From NCBI GenBank assembly GCA_963780135.1, contig CAWAAR010000003.1, positions 3,709,701-3,733,700 of the forward strand: a stretch of 24,000 nt of DNA, in the 5' to 3' direction. The translations under genes were made by a program, and so were the position numbers. Below are positions 1 through 10,141 of this stretch, in pieces (position 1 is the stretch's first letter; each line of letters opens with the position of its first letter). The notes under the pieces were generated by a model that saw only the letters and a program-made list of their open reading frames with translations, was not told where the DNA came from and did not search any database. The stretch is from an uncultured Clostridiaceae bacterium (GTDB lineage: Bacteria; Bacillota; Clostridia; Clostridiales; Clostridiaceae).

Positions 1-292
1 CAGCATCTGGATTTACCGTTTCTAACATCTCTACTACAATACAATCTTTTGGAAAACCTTCAATAACTTCTGGCCTTAAAAGATCTTTATCAAAATTTAT
101 AAATGCTGGCTTTCCTTCTGTAATCTTATCAAATCCTATAATTGAAAAACTATTTTTAATTACATCTAAAGTTGGATTTGAATTTTCTATAGAAATAAAT
201 TTATTGATATTGTTATTTCTAAAAAGAAGTTCATACGCTATTACCTGTTTGTTTATATCAAATATTGCTTGTCTAGCTACATATACTTCCAT
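1..292 (-). CDS. EAL/HDOD (YuxH-like) c-di-GMP signalling protein, N-terminal part, truncated by window edge
   Basis: Not in the ORF track. Reverse-strand reading from ATG at 292 gives MEVYVARQAIFDINKQVIAYELLFRNNNINKFISIENSNPTLDVIKNSF...FINFDKDLLRPEVIEVFPKDCIVVEMLETVNPDA, typical of EAL-HDOD proteins with a degenerate EAL signature (YELLFR). RBS-like AGGAG upstream. Confidence 0.85.
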   Translation of the reverse strand, partial: MEVYVARQAIFDINKQVIAYELLFRNNNINKFISIENSNPTLDVIKNSFSIIGFDKITEGKPAFINFDKDLLRPEVIEGFPKDCIVVEMLETVNPDA

Positions 293-394
293 TTTACATA
301 CTCCTAAACTAATATTTTTTTATTACATTAAAAATTCTCTAATCATTGATTGGTATAACTTTTTTAAAGTATTCATTTATTTTTCTATTTTAAA

Positions 395-1450
395 TCAGCT
401 TATTATCACGCAGTTCCCACCATTATTTTTAGCTTTATAAAGTGCTCTATCTGCTCGTTTAAACCAGCATTCAAAAGATTCTGACTTTCGTCTTTCAGCT
501 ACACCTATACTAGCAGTTACTTGTCCCATATTTGGATACAAAGTTGACATAATAGATTGGCGCAATTTTTCTGCTAATATACGTCCTCTACTTAAATCTA
601 TTTGTGGTGCTAATATGGCAAATTCATCTCCACCCCATCTTGCAAATATATCATATTCACTGATTAATTTAATGCCTATATCTGCTACCTTCATCAAAAC
701 CTTATCCCCGGCGTCATGTCCACAAATATCATTAACACTTTTAAATTGATCTATATCTAAAAGAATTAATGTAAGTGGATCACTGTTGCTATTAGGTTCT
801 TCTATCTTTTCTATTATCTTTTTCTCAAAGAAATATCGATTATACAAATTAGTCACTTTGTCAGTAATAGCAATATTTTTTAGATGTTTGTTTTTATCAA
901 ACAATTCTTTCGTTAATCTAGATAGCTTTTTTTCTGACTCTCTCAAATTTTTAATAACTTCATTTTTTTCATGGATTTCATTTTTTAATCTTAATTCAAA
1001 TTTTTTTCTTTCTGTTAAATCTCTCGATACACCTAAAATATCCACATAATTTGTCTTTTCATTAAATACAAGTTTTGTAGATATTTCTATTGTCTTTATT
1101 TTTCCATCCTTACAGTATTGTTGAAACTCATCAATGCTGGATAAGATTTCTGAACTTTTGCTCCCTTCTAAAAACTCCTGTATTCTTTTTTCATTAATAA
1201 TTATTGATATCTTTTCTAAAGATTCTGGTGTTAATGAATCTTTAAGTTTTTCTTTCATTGCTTCGTTAGCATCTATTCCTCGTAAATCGATAATAGAAGG
1301 ACTAATATATTTAAAACACTTATTTGCTAAATCAAATAGCCATATACATTCAACTGTGTTTTCCACAATTAATTTATATATTTCAATACTTTCTAAACTA
1401 TCTTCTCCTTCACATTCTCTATTTTTTATTTTCTTATTTAAAATTTTCAT
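395..1450 (-). CDS. PAS-GGDEF diguanylate cyclase
   Basis: PAS-like N-terminus (ECIWLFDLANKCFKYISPSI...DVSRDLTERK) plus GGDEF domain with intact active site RWGGDEFAIL; the I-site position reads SEYD, not RxxD. Confidence 0.93.
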   Translation of the reverse strand: MKILNKKIKNRECEGEDSLESIEIYKLIVENTVECIWLFDLANKCFKYISPSIIDLRGIDANEAMKEKLKDSLTPESLEKISIIINEKRIQEFLEGSKSSEILSSIDEFQQYCKDGKIKTIEISTKLVFNEKTNYVDILGVSRDLTERKKFELRLKNEIHEKNEVIKNLRESEKKLSRLTKELFDKNKHLKNIAITDKVTNLYNRYFFEKKIIEKIEEPNSNSDPLTLILLDIDQFKSVNDICGHDAGDKVLMKVADIGIKLISEYDIFARWGGDEFAILAPQIDLSRGRILAEKLRQSIMSTLYPNMGQVTASIGVAERRKSESFECWFKRADRALYKAKNNGGNCVIIS

Positions 1451-1723
1451 TTTAGTAACCTACCTTAACTATAGCTTGTCCTTTTGCTGCTTAGTTTTAT
1501 ACCAAACAGTAAATTTGTTTCTAAAATTTAAAATCCGTTTTTTATGCACCTAAACTAGCCAAAATAAACATCCACATAACTATTGTTTTTACCTATTAAT
1601 ACTAATACCATAAATTTATTAAAAAACTCTTCCACTTTACATAAGCAAGCTCTCTTATGTAAAAAAACTAGTATAGCTAGATATATCATCATATGCAATA
1701 GAAGTATCCTGGTAGTTAAAAAA

Positions 1724-1766
1724 AGTGATTAGTATATGTTAATTTTCAAAATATATACTAACCACT
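1724..1766 (-). terminator. Probable Rho-independent terminator of the PocR-MCP gene
   Basis: Minus strand AGTGGTTAGTATAT...ATATACTAATCACT followed by T-run, just past the stop at 1771. Confidence 0.65.
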
Positions 1767-1770
1767 TATT

Positions 1771-2817
1771 TTATTTATGAGAGTTTGCTAAACCATTCAG
1801 CTCTTCTGTCAGTTCTGTAACTTCCTGTAAATTTGCAGTAACTTCTTGAATTGCAGCCGATTGCTGCTCTGTGGTTTCTAGTGTGGACTTAGACGATTCC
1901 ATAGTTTTATCCACCGATTCATGTATCTTACCTGTAAGTTCTGATATTTTTAAAGCTGTTTGCTTAGAGTTTTGAGATAACTTACCTATTTCTTTTGCAA
2001 CAACACCAAAACCCCTTCCTGCTTCTCCTGCTCTAGCTGCTTCTATGGATGCATTTAATCCAAGCATTTTAGTTTGGTCCGCTATGCTTTTTATTGAATC
2101 AAGTATTGAGTTAATTTCCGTAGATATATCTTTTACATTAACTATCTCTTGACTTAAAATATGTTGATTATTTGTAACATTAACTGATGATGCTGATAGT
2201 TCTTCCATAGTTGCTGAAATTTGATTAAAATTATCAGAAAGCACTCGAGACATGCTTTTTATTTTTAATTCTTCATATCCTGTTTTCGACAATGCATTGG
2301 CTATAATATACAGTACCTCTGCAGCTGCTTTCACGCTTTTTTCAGTAGTAACTTTTACTTTATTTACTACTTCCACATATCCATCTTCATTAACACCTAT
2401 TTCTTTTGCCGCTTCTCTATATTTTGATTCATTAGGTTTAGAAGTCAATAATTGTCCTCCTAAAATTGTTCCAATTTGCTTACCTTCTATTAATATAGGT
2501 GCAGCAAAATCAATTAGTCCTGCATGACAAGTGTAAACACATGGTCTTCCTGTTTTTGCAGCTTCTTCTCCGCCTTTTCTGTGAGATTCAGCACATCTAT
2601 CATAACCTACTTTAGTAGACTGTGTGAACTTCATACAAAAATCTGTATATGAACTAGGTTTAGTTACTGGATTTCCATTAACATCTACTGTTATACTAGC
2701 AATATCCATACTTTCTGAAAAATTGTCTTGAAATTTTTGAAGCAGTTCAATATCAATAACATCTTTTATTTCAAGTAAATTCAAATCAAAATCATTACCA
2801 TTAATTATTTTTAACAT
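1771..2817 (-). CDS. Soluble methyl-accepting chemotaxis-type protein with N-terminal PocR sensory domain
   Basis: PocR-like Cys-containing sensor (CMKF..GYDRC...[19 protein letters not shown]) then MCP signalling region ([45 protein letters not shown]). No TM segment. Track ORF begins at a TTG at 2832; ATG at 2817 has GGAG at good spacing. Confidence 0.88.
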   Translation of the reverse strand: MLKIINGNDFDLNLLEIKDVIDIELLQKFQDNFSESMDIASITVDVNGNPVTKPSSYTDFCMKFTQSTKVGYDRCAESHRKGGEEAAKTGRPCVYTCHAGLIDFAAPILIEGKQIGTILGGQLLTSKPNESKYREAAKEIGVNEDGYVEVVNKVKVTTEKSVKAAAEVLYIIANALSKTGYEELKIKSMSRVLSDNFNQISATMEELSASSVNVTNNQHILSQEIVNVKDISTEINSILDSIKSIADQTKMLGLNASIEAARAGEAGRGFGVVAKEIGKLSQNSKQTALKISELTGKIHESVDKTMESSKSTLETTEQQSAAIQEVTANLQEVTELTEELNGLANSHK

Positions 2818-2852
2818 AATAAACTTCTCCAATACAATAAAATTATTTAACC

Positions 2853-4550
2853 TTAGAGTTTAAATTTATTTAACTCTTTTGTTAATTGCTCTGCTGAACT
2901 AGTTAAACTTTGTGCAGTTTCAGATACAGAACCTGCAGAATTTTTCATCTCATGTGATGAAGCTGCAATTTCCTCTGCTGCTGCTGAATTTTCTTCTGAT
3001 ACAGCACTAGTATTCTCTATTTTCGATGCTACTGGCACCATATCACTATCCAATTTACTAATACCTACTGAAACCTTTTGTATATCAGGTATTATAATCT
3101 CTACAGCATCTATAATAGATTTAAATGAGTCTACAGCTGTATTTATTGTTGTTACTTCATTATTTAACTGTTTATTAACATCACCTGAGGTTTTTGCTAA
3201 ATTAGATGTCTCAGATGACACATTATTTAATAATCCACTAATTGTGTCAGAAGAATTTTTACTTTGATCTGCTAGCTTTCGGATTTCATCAGCTACCACA
3301 GAAAAGCCTCTTCCTGATTCTCCTGCCCTAGCAGCCTCAATTGCTGCATTAAGTGCAAGCAAATTTGTCTGTTCTGATATACTATTTATTAAGCTTGTTA
3401 TCTCATTAGCTTGATTTATGCTTATTTGAAGCTGTTTTATTCTATTTATTATTCCTTCAAAAGAATTGCTAATATTATTTAAGGATTCAACTAATCTTTC
3501 TAACTGCTTATTGCTTGTATTTGCCATACTGCCAATATTTCCTGTTACACTATTAGCTTCACCAATTAAAGTAGCAAACTCTTTTAGGGAAAAACCAAAT
3601 TCCTTTATAGAATCATTTACAAACATAAGTTCACCTGCCTGTTCAGTAGAACCATTAGCTACTTCTTCAATTGCTCCTGCAACCTCATCAGAGGTTGAAA
3701 ACATTTCTTCTGAAAGTGCATATAAACTCGATGCTCCTTGATCAATAGTGCAAGCAGTAGTTGTTATATTTCCTAATAAAGCTGCTATAGAATTTCTCAT
3801 ACTAAATAGCTGTTTATTCATATTGCCGAATTCTGTATTTGAAGAAGTATCTATTTCTGATGTAAAATCTCCTGAAGCTATTGTCTTTATAGTATTTGTC
3901 ATCTCATTTAAAAGCAATTTTAAATTAGAAACAAACAATACAGATATAAATAATAATAATAAAGTAGAAATAATTGCAACTATTATAAATGCTCTGTTAG
4001 AATAAATGGACTCTTTTTTATATTCTATGGTTTCAGCTGCTATAAGAGAGTTTTTATTTGCTATAGCACTTTTTATCCCTTCAGTAATGGAAGTCCCTTT
4101 CTTTGTAATTTGATCAGTCTGATTCTTAGTTATTTCAAGTCCTGATTTTTTTCTATTCTTCTCCTCATTATATATACTCATATAACTTGTATAATTATTT
4201 TCTATCTGTTTTACTTTTGCTGATTCATTATTATCTAATCCTATAGCTTTTATCTTTGTAAAACAGTCTTTCATTCTAGCATCTTCATTTTCAACATCCT
4301 TAATTTGTTCCTCTGAATAAGGTCTGTCAATAAATCTAGTCATGTATATCCTTAGTTCATTAAAATTTCCATTTATATCCCCATATCTCTCTATTACAGC
4401 AACATCACTAGAACTTAATTTAGTATAGTATTTATTAAGTTTTGAAGACGTTGTAAAACTAATAACTCCTATAAAGCTCAATGCTATAAATGATATAAGT
4501 ATCAAAGCCATAGTTCCCTGAATTAATTTTATTTTCTTTCTCAATTTCAT
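2853..4550 (-). CDS. Transmembrane methyl-accepting chemotaxis protein (HAMP + MCP signal)
   Basis: TM1 near N-term, extracytoplasmic helical region, TM2 ([21 protein letters not shown]), HAMP-like region, MCP signature ([41 protein letters not shown]). Track ORF starts at 4571; MKLRKK start at 4550 has AAGGGG RBS. Confidence 0.93.
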   Translation of the reverse strand: MKLRKKIKLIQGTMALILISFIALSFIGVISFTTSSKLNKYYTKLSSSDVAVIERYGDINGNFNELRIYMTRFIDRPYSEEQIKDVENEDARMKDCFTKIKAIGLDNNESAKVKQIENNYTSYMSIYNEEKNRKKSGLEITKNQTDQITKKGTSITEGIKSAIANKNSLIAAETIEYKKESIYSNRAFIIVAIISTLLLLFISVLFVSNLKLLLNEMTNTIKTIASGDFTSEIDTSSNTEFGNMNKQLFSMRNSIAALLGNITTTACTIDQGASSLYALSEEMFSTSDEVAGAIEEVANGSTEQAGELMFVNDSIKEFGFSLKEFATLIGEANSVTGNIGSMANTSNKQLERLVESLNNISNSFEGIINRIKQLQISINQANEITSLINSISEQTNLLALNAAIEAARAGESGRGFSVVADEIRKLADQSKNSSDTISGLLNNVSSETSNLAKTSGDVNKQLNNEVTTINTAVDSFKSIIDAVEIIIPDIQKVSVGISKLDSDMVPVASKIENTSAVSEENSAAAEEIAASSHEMKNSAGSVSETAQSLTSSAEQLTKELNKFKL

Positions 4551-4816
4551 TTGTTTATCCCCTTCATGCATTTTGTTTTGTAAATTTATATAGTTTAAAA
4601 TGATAGTATAAGACCAAAATTGTTTTCTACAAAATTATCCTTATTAATTCAAAAAAGCTGTTTAGTATGTAGAAAAAAGGATAATCGTGTATCCTTGTTT
4701 ACTATACACAATTATCCTTATTAATTTAATGAAAAATATCATGTTCTTACCCTGAAATTTGTTAGATTATATGTAAAACCTATTTAGAAAAATATCTAAA
4801 ATGTTAGTGTTCTCAT

Positions 4817-5923
4817 CTAATTTGTTTTAGATATGCACTCACATTTAAAATTTGATGGTGATGTTCCTGTATATTTTTTAAATAATTTACCAAAATATTC
4901 AACATCTTTATATCCTAATTTATCAGCAATCTCATAATTTTTCATATTTCTATCCACCAATAACATTTTTGCTCTTTCCATTTTAACCATGGTTATATAC
5001 TCAACAAGAGATATTCCTGTATTTTTTTTGTATACTGTACTTAGATAGGAGCTATTTAAAAACATTTTATCTGCAATATTTCTAACAGAAATTTCAGTAT
5101 CAGTATTTTCAAGAACTACTTTGCATATTTGCCTGGTCATACTATTGACTGCGTTTCCAAAATCAAACTTTTTGACATTTATAATAAGCTCATTTATTAT
5201 TTGCAAAAAAGTTGTTCTGCTACCAGAAAAGTCAGAACACCTTGTAAAATCAATATCAATATACTTTGAAATATTTATAAACTTATGTAACCATGGATAT
5301 ATTCGCTCCATGTCTTCAATTAAATCTTCTACCATTTTATTTAAAACGTATGCCATTTTCATGGAATCATAATTAATAGCAGCAGCTGTAGTTTCAACTA
5401 AATTTGAAGCTACTTCAAGTACTCTTAAATCTGCATCCTTAAATAATCTGATTACTTTCTCGAGATCTTCTCTTTTATATAAAGTTTCTATTTTTTCTTC
5501 AAGCTGAACTTCCAAATTTTCGATTTTTTCCTTTTCCAGTCTTTTTGCAGTTATGTATTTTGAAGTCCTCTGCAGTAAATACTCCATTTTTTCCTCATCA
5601 ACAGGTTTTACAATATAATCAAAAGCTCCATATACAAGACCTTGCCTTGCATACTCAAACTCAGTATATTCACTTAAAAAAATAACACAAAGGCATAATT
5701 CTTTTTGGATAACCTTTTTCAAAAGATCTACACCATCCATAATTGGCATTTTTATGTCTGTGATTATAAGATCTACAGTTCTTTTTTCTAGCTTTTTAAG
5801 AGCTTCTTGTCCATTTTTAGCTTCATCTACAATAACAAATCCAGTTTGATCACCCCATACTTTTAATCTTTTTAGCTCTCTTCTCATAATTTCCATATCA
5901 TCTACAATCATAACCTGAAACAA
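4817..5923 (-). CDS. Response regulator, REC + AraC-type helix-turn-helix (YesN-like)
   Basis: N-term MIVDDMEIMRRELKRL..DLIITDIKMPIMDG...YIVKPV; C-term AraC HTH (NIADKMFLNSSYLSTVYKKNTGISLVEYITMVKMERAKMLL...IADKLGYKDVEYFGKLFKKYTGTSPSNF). TTG start with GAGGTGAGG RBS. Confidence 0.93.
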   Translation of the reverse strand: MFQVMIVDDMEIMRRELKRLKVWGDQTGFVIVDEAKNGQEALKKLEKRTVDLIITDIKMPIMDGVDLLKKVIQKELCLCVIFLSEYTEFEYARQGLVYGAFDYIVKPVDEEKMEYLLQRTSKYITAKRLEKEKIENLEVQLEEKIETLYKREDLEKVIRLFKDADLRVLEVASNLVETTAAAINYDSMKMAYVLNKMVEDLIEDMERIYPWLHKFINISKYIDIDFTRCSDFSGSRTTFLQIINELIINVKKFDFGNAVNSMTRQICKVVLENTDTEISVRNIADKMFLNSSYLSTVYKKNTGISLVEYITMVKMERAKMLLVDRNMKNYEIADKLGYKDVEYFGKLFKKYTGTSPSNFKCECISKTN

Positions 5924-6094
5924 TCTGCCTCACCTCTTTTACTGACAATTATCAAACCATACTAAAATCTTCTAAAATTTATGTATTGAATTTTATTTTA
6001 CTGTTAATATTATACTAATTTTTACTTATTAATTTAAATGAAAAATATCATGTTTTTATCCTGATTTTTGTTGGATTTTATTATAATTTGTCAT

Positions 6095-7222
6095 TTAGTC
6101 AGTAATATTAGGTAAAGTGAAATATACTGTTGCTCCTTCATTTAATTTACCCTCAATCCAAGTTTTTCCTCCATGCTTTTGAACTATTTTACGAACAGCA
6201 GCAAGTCCTATTCCACTCCCCTCAAATTCATCTGAGGAATGTAAACGCTCAAATATTCGAAATAATTTTCCTGAGAACTCCATATCAATACCCACACCAT
6301 TATCCTTTACATAGAAAACATACTCACTAACACCTCTTTTGCATCCAGCAATTATAAGTGCTTTTTCTCTATTTCCAGTAAATTTTATGGCATTGGAAAT
6401 TATATTATAAATTACTTGTTTTATCATAATTACATCTGCAAAAACAAGAGGCATTCCTGTTTCAAATTCAAATTCAATGGCTCTTTTTGAATAAATTGAT
6501 TTAAGTTCTTTAAAAGCCGAAGTGAACATTTCACTTATATTTACACTTTCTTTGCATATCTCTAGACGATTAGTTGTTGAATATTGTAGTAATTTTCCAA
6601 CCATAGTAATCATATCTCTACATATATCTTTTATATTAGAAACCATTTCACTAGCATCTTTATCTAGTAATGTCCTATAATCTTCAAGAATTATTTTGCT
6701 GTATCCTTGAATAGCCCTTAAGGGTGATTTTAAATCATGAGACACAGTATATGAAAAAGATTCAAGTTCATTAACAGCAGCTTCAAGCTCTAATTTTTTT
6801 TCTTCAAGAATTTCATTGCGCTGTGCTAACTCATACTGAGCAAGCTTCAACGACAAATGAGTATGTACCCTAGCTTTAACTTCAAGAATTTCAAAAGGTT
6901 TAGTTATATAGTCAACAGCACCTAATTCAAAACATTTTGTTTTACTGATTATATCTGTCATGGCAGTTAAAAAAATTATAGGTATGTCTTTTGCTAATTT
7001 ATTTTCTTTGATTCTCTTACATACTTCATATCCATCCATAATAGGCATCATAATATCTAATAAAATTATATCTGGAATCTCTATTTCTAAACTTTCTAAT
7101 GCAGATTTTCCATCCGTTGCAACTGAAATTTCATAATCATCACCAAAAGCTTCTACAAGAATATCAATATTTTCTTCTGTATCATCAACAATCAGCACTG
7201 TACACTCTGAAAGTTCTTTCAT
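6095..7222 (-). CDS. REC-HisKA-HATPase histidine kinase (receiver domain at N-terminus)
   Basis: REC (LIVDDTEENIDILVEAFGDDYEIS..ILLDIMMPIMDGYE..YITKPF), HisKA (ESFSYTVSHDLKSPLRAIQGYS), HATPase (KQVIYNIISNAIKFTG..VKDNGVGID..GSGIGLA). 1-nt overlap (TAATG) with upstream gene. Confidence 0.93.
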   Translation of the reverse strand: MKELSECTVLIVDDTEENIDILVEAFGDDYEISVATDGKSALESLEIEIPDIILLDIMMPIMDGYEVCKRIKENKLAKDIPIIFLTAMTDIISKTKCFELGAVDYITKPFEILEVKARVHTHLSLKLAQYELAQRNEILEEKKLELEAAVNELESFSYTVSHDLKSPLRAIQGYSKIILEDYRTLLDKDASEMVSNIKDICRDMITMVGKLLQYSTTNRLEICKESVNISEMFTSAFKELKSIYSKRAIEFEFETGMPLVFADVIMIKQVIYNIISNAIKFTGNREKALIIAGCKRGVSEYVFYVKDNGVGIDMEFSGKLFRIFERLHSSDEFEGSGIGLAAVRKIVQKHGGKTWIEGKLNEGATVYFTLPNITD

Positions 7223-9519
7223 TATATTTCCTCCCCTTTAAGATTATTCATTAATACTTCAAGTATATCAAGTGCTTCCTTAAATTTATATTTCAAAACA
7301 AACCTCTCAATTTCTGCAGCATTTTTTTGGATTTCTACCGGCCATACTAATTTTCTATATTCTTTCATAACTTCAGCACATTTTTTAGGTTTTCGAGTTT
7401 TCAAATAAGGTTTAAGCTCATTCATAATTTTTAATATTTCATTTTTGGATGAAACATTACCAGTTACCATAGCCACCTGCTCATCTTCTGGAAGTACACT
7501 TTCAAGAGCTTTTATCATTTTACTAAGCATAACACTTGTCTCTCTCAACATGGTGTTAAGTATATCAGAAGAAATCCTTTTTTTAATGGCCTCTTCTAAA
7601 CTAGCTGCCTTTTCCTGAATAACCACAGCACCAATAGTTCCAGATACCCCCTTTAAAGTGTGCGCAATACGTTCTGCAGTAAGAAAGTCCCCCTCTGAAA
7701 TCACTTTTTCAATTTGCATAATTGCATCCTTTTGTCCTAACACATATTTTTTCAATAAATTTATATATGATTTTTTCTTTCCAAGTACCCTTCTTAACCC
7801 AAGTGATGTATCAAGTCCAGGAATGCCTACTACAAAGTCATCTGAACATGTATTTACTGAAGCTTTAAATTTTACTTTTTCAGTACTTACTTTTCTAAAT
7901 GGAATCCATTTTAAAAGTATTGAAAACAACTGATTAGGATCTATAGGTTTAGATATATAATCATTCATACCTGCTTGTATACACTTATTCTGATCATTGG
8001 TCATTACATTAGCAGTCATTGCAATAATAGGTAATGCTAATCTCTTTATATTTCTTCTAATTTCTTTTGTTGCTGTTACACCATCCATTACTGGCATCTG
8101 CATGTCCATAAGTACAATATCGTATTTATTCTCCCTAACTTTATCCACTGCAATTTTTCCATTTTTAGCAAAATCTATTGAAAACTCGCCTTCTTGTAAT
8201 AGGTCAACTGCAACCTGCACATTTAGTTCATTATCTTCCACTAATAATATCCGGGCTCCACTGATTACTGTAAGAGATTCATTGTTTTTTAAAGGTTCAT
8301 CCATCTTTTGTGTTGCTTTACCAATACCAAGTTTTGCAGTAAACCAAAAAGTACTTCCTATTCCAAGTTCAGTTTCAACTCCAACCTGGCCTTCCATTAG
8401 AGTTGCCAATTCTTTAGAAATAGCAAGCCCCAGACCTGTACCTCCATACTTTCTAGTTATAGAAGTATCGGCCTGTTGAAAGGATTGAAAAAGTTCACCT
8501 TTTTGTTCTTCAGTCATACCAAGTCCTGTATCCTGAACCTCAAACTTTATTACACACTGATCAAGTAATTCTTCTTCTTTGCGAATTCTTACAACTATTT
8601 GTCCTTTTTCAGTGAATTTAACTGCATTGCTTACATAATTAATAAGAATTTGTCCTACTCTTAAGGGATCACCGCATAAATTCTTTGGTAATTCAGTATC
8701 TAAATCAAAGATTAGTTGAAGACCCTTTGAAGCACATTTGTCACCAATAAGATTTTCTAGATTATCTAGTACCTCAGCCAGTTTAAAACTGGTTTTCTCA
8801 ATTTTAAGCTTTCCTGCTTCGATTTTAGAAAAGTCCAATATATCATTTATTACACCTAACAAATGCTGATTGGATTGGGATATCTTGTTAATATAATCCC
8901 TTTGTTTGGTATTTAGATCTGTTTTTTCAATTAAATAAGTCATTCCCATAATAGCATTTATTGGAGTTCGAATTTCATGACTCATATTTGCTAAAAAATC
9001 CGACTTCGTTTTAGCAGCCTCCTCAGCACGTTCCTTAGCATCCCTTAATTCTTCTGCTTGTACTAGCAATTTATCATTCTTTTTTTTAAGCTCAACCATA
9101 AGTTCTTGTCTTGATGGTATGGATAGTACTTTTTTTAACTCTTCTATTTCTTCTTTACTAATAGAAAATTTCATATCTTTTATGTAAGAAAATGCTTCTA
9201 TAATTAATGAATTATCCTCTAATTTCCTTATAAAGTAATTATCAAAAATTTCATTACCAAATTCAAGATTCTCTTTAGTTACTATTTTCGATAATTTAAA
9301 TAATAAAGCTTTTTTTTCATATATATCTGTTATAAAAATTGAAATCAGTATATCTTTATTATTGCAATAACATCTACGACATATTTCCGATATAGCAACT
9401 TCAATTCTTGTGGTTTTTATATCAGTATACCCAAAGCTTGTAACTAGTCCTCGTATTTTCTTTCTAGCTTCAATTATAGAATCGATGTTCATTATTTTGA
9501 GAATGCCTAATTCAATCAT
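7222..9519 (-). CDS. Hybrid sensor histidine kinase: degenerate RsbT-like N-terminal domain, coiled coil, HisKA, HATPase, REC, HPt
   Basis: HisKA SDFLANMSHEIRTPINAIMGMTYL; HATPase NYVSNAVKFTEKG, DTGLGM, GGTGLGLAIS; REC ILLVEDNELN..VLMDMQMPVMDG..YISKPIDP; HPt AERIAHTLKGVSGTIGA. First ~60 aa resemble RsbT (IEARKKIRGLVTSFGYTDIKTTRIEVAISEICRRCY). Confidence 0.93.
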   Translation of the reverse strand: MIELGILKIMNIDSIIEARKKIRGLVTSFGYTDIKTTRIEVAISEICRRCYCNNKDILISIFITDIYEKKALLFKLSKIVTKENLEFGNEIFDNYFIRKLEDNSLIIEAFSYIKDMKFSISKEEIEELKKVLSIPSRQELMVELKKKNDKLLVQAEELRDAKERAEEAAKTKSDFLANMSHEIRTPINAIMGMTYLIEKTDLNTKQRDYINKISQSNQHLLGVINDILDFSKIEAGKLKIEKTSFKLAEVLDNLENLIGDKCASKGLQLIFDLDTELPKNLCGDPLRVGQILINYVSNAVKFTEKGQIVVRIRKEEELLDQCVIKFEVQDTGLGMTEEQKGELFQSFQQADTSITRKYGGTGLGLAISKELATLMEGQVGVETELGIGSTFWFTAKLGIGKATQKMDEPLKNNESLTVISGARILLVEDNELNVQVAVDLLQEGEFSIDFAKNGKIAVDKVRENKYDIVLMDMQMPVMDGVTATKEIRRNIKRLALPIIAMTANVMTNDQNKCIQAGMNDYISKPIDPNQLFSILLKWIPFRKVSTEKVKFKASVNTCSDDFVVGIPGLDTSLGLRRVLGKKKSYINLLKKYVLGQKDAIMQIEKVISEGDFLTAERIAHTLKGVSGTIGAVVIQEKAASLEEAIKKRISSDILNTMLRETSVMLSKMIKALESVLPEDEQVAMVTGNVSSKNEILKIMNELKPYLKTRKPKKCAEVMKEYRKLVWPVEIQKNAAEIERFVLKYKFKEALDILEVLMNNLKGEEI

Positions 9520-9541
9520 TTTAACTTACCTCTTTAAAGTT

Positions 9542-10141
9542 TCATATTAAATATTTTAGCACAATGCAAGATTCATCATCATTTTTTTTACTAAATTTTT
9601 CTAATATTCCTTGTGCAATATTTTCAGCATTTTCTTTTAGTAATCCTCTACATTCAAAGGATTCAAAATGTTCTTTAATACCATCTGAATGCAAAAGTAA
9701 AATTTCTCCTCCATGAAGTTTTAAACTGTGTTTGTGAGGATTGGTTATTCTATAGCCAATGACACCACCTTTTGATACAAACCTAATAGGCTTTGGCCAC
9801 ATAATTCTAACAGTAATATTTCCTATTCCAACATAACTGAGTTCACCAGTTACCATATCTAAATTACATATTGCTGCAACAGCTCCTCTGGTTCCCTTTA
9901 AATGTTCATGCAGACCATTCATAATGTCCACTATGTCCTTACAATAATTATTCTCCAAGTATGTTTTTGCATATAGTGCTACTTTTCTTGCTTCTGATCC
10001 ATGTCCAAGTATATCAACTAAAGCCAAAAAACAATTATTTCCATACTTTTTAATAATACCTATATCACCACACTCTGATTCGTCTCCAAGTAATGCTTTG
10101 TAAACCATGCCTAACTCAATATCTGACATTATCTCTTCCAT
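9542..10141 (-). CDS. rsbX: RsbX-like PP2C/SpoIIE-type serine phosphatase
   Basis: SpoIIE/RsbX fold motifs (CGDIGIIKKYGNNCFLALVDILGHGSEA..; GAVAAICNLDMVTGELSYVGIGNI; LLLHSDGIKEHF), located after rsbT. The internal ATG at 10129 overlaps the rsbT stop (TAATG) and may be the true start. Confidence 0.85.
   Translation of the reverse strand: MEEIMSDIELGMVYKALLGDESECGDIGIIKKYGNNCFLALVDILGHGSEARKVALYAKTYLENNYCKDIVDIMNGLHEHLKGTRGAVAAICNLDMVTGELSYVGIGNITVRIMWPKPIRFVSKGGVIGYRITNPHKHSLKLHGGEILLLHSDGIKEHFESFECRGLLKENAENIAQGILEKFSKKNDDESCIVLKYLI

Noticed and set aside
204-440. Short plus-strand track ORF (78 aa) at the left edge
   Set aside because: Overlaps the reverse-strand EAL/HDOD coding sequence and its upstream region; hydrophobic AT-rich translation, no recognisable product.
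786-1049. Track ORFs antisense to real genes (e.g. 786..1049, 2252..2527, 3466..3741, 7658..7933, 7997..8479, 11444..11698, 18653..18847)
   Set aside because: All lie inside confidently assigned genes on the other frame or strand; translations are Ser/Ile/Phe-rich shadows typical of antisense reading of AT-rich genes.
4572-4816. c-di-GMP (GEMM) riboswitch upstream of the MCP operon
   Set aside because: Considered because of the many c-di-GMP genes, but no GEMM core consensus was recognised here or in the 5924-6094 and 11809-12206 gaps; Infernal with the Rfam c-di-GMP-I and -II models would be decisive.
10129-10141. 13-nt overlap of the RsbX-like and rsbT genes as a programmed frameshift or fusion
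   Set aside because: The TAATG at 10127-10131 with an upstream GGAAGAG gives an ordinary translationally coupled start; no slippery sequence seen.
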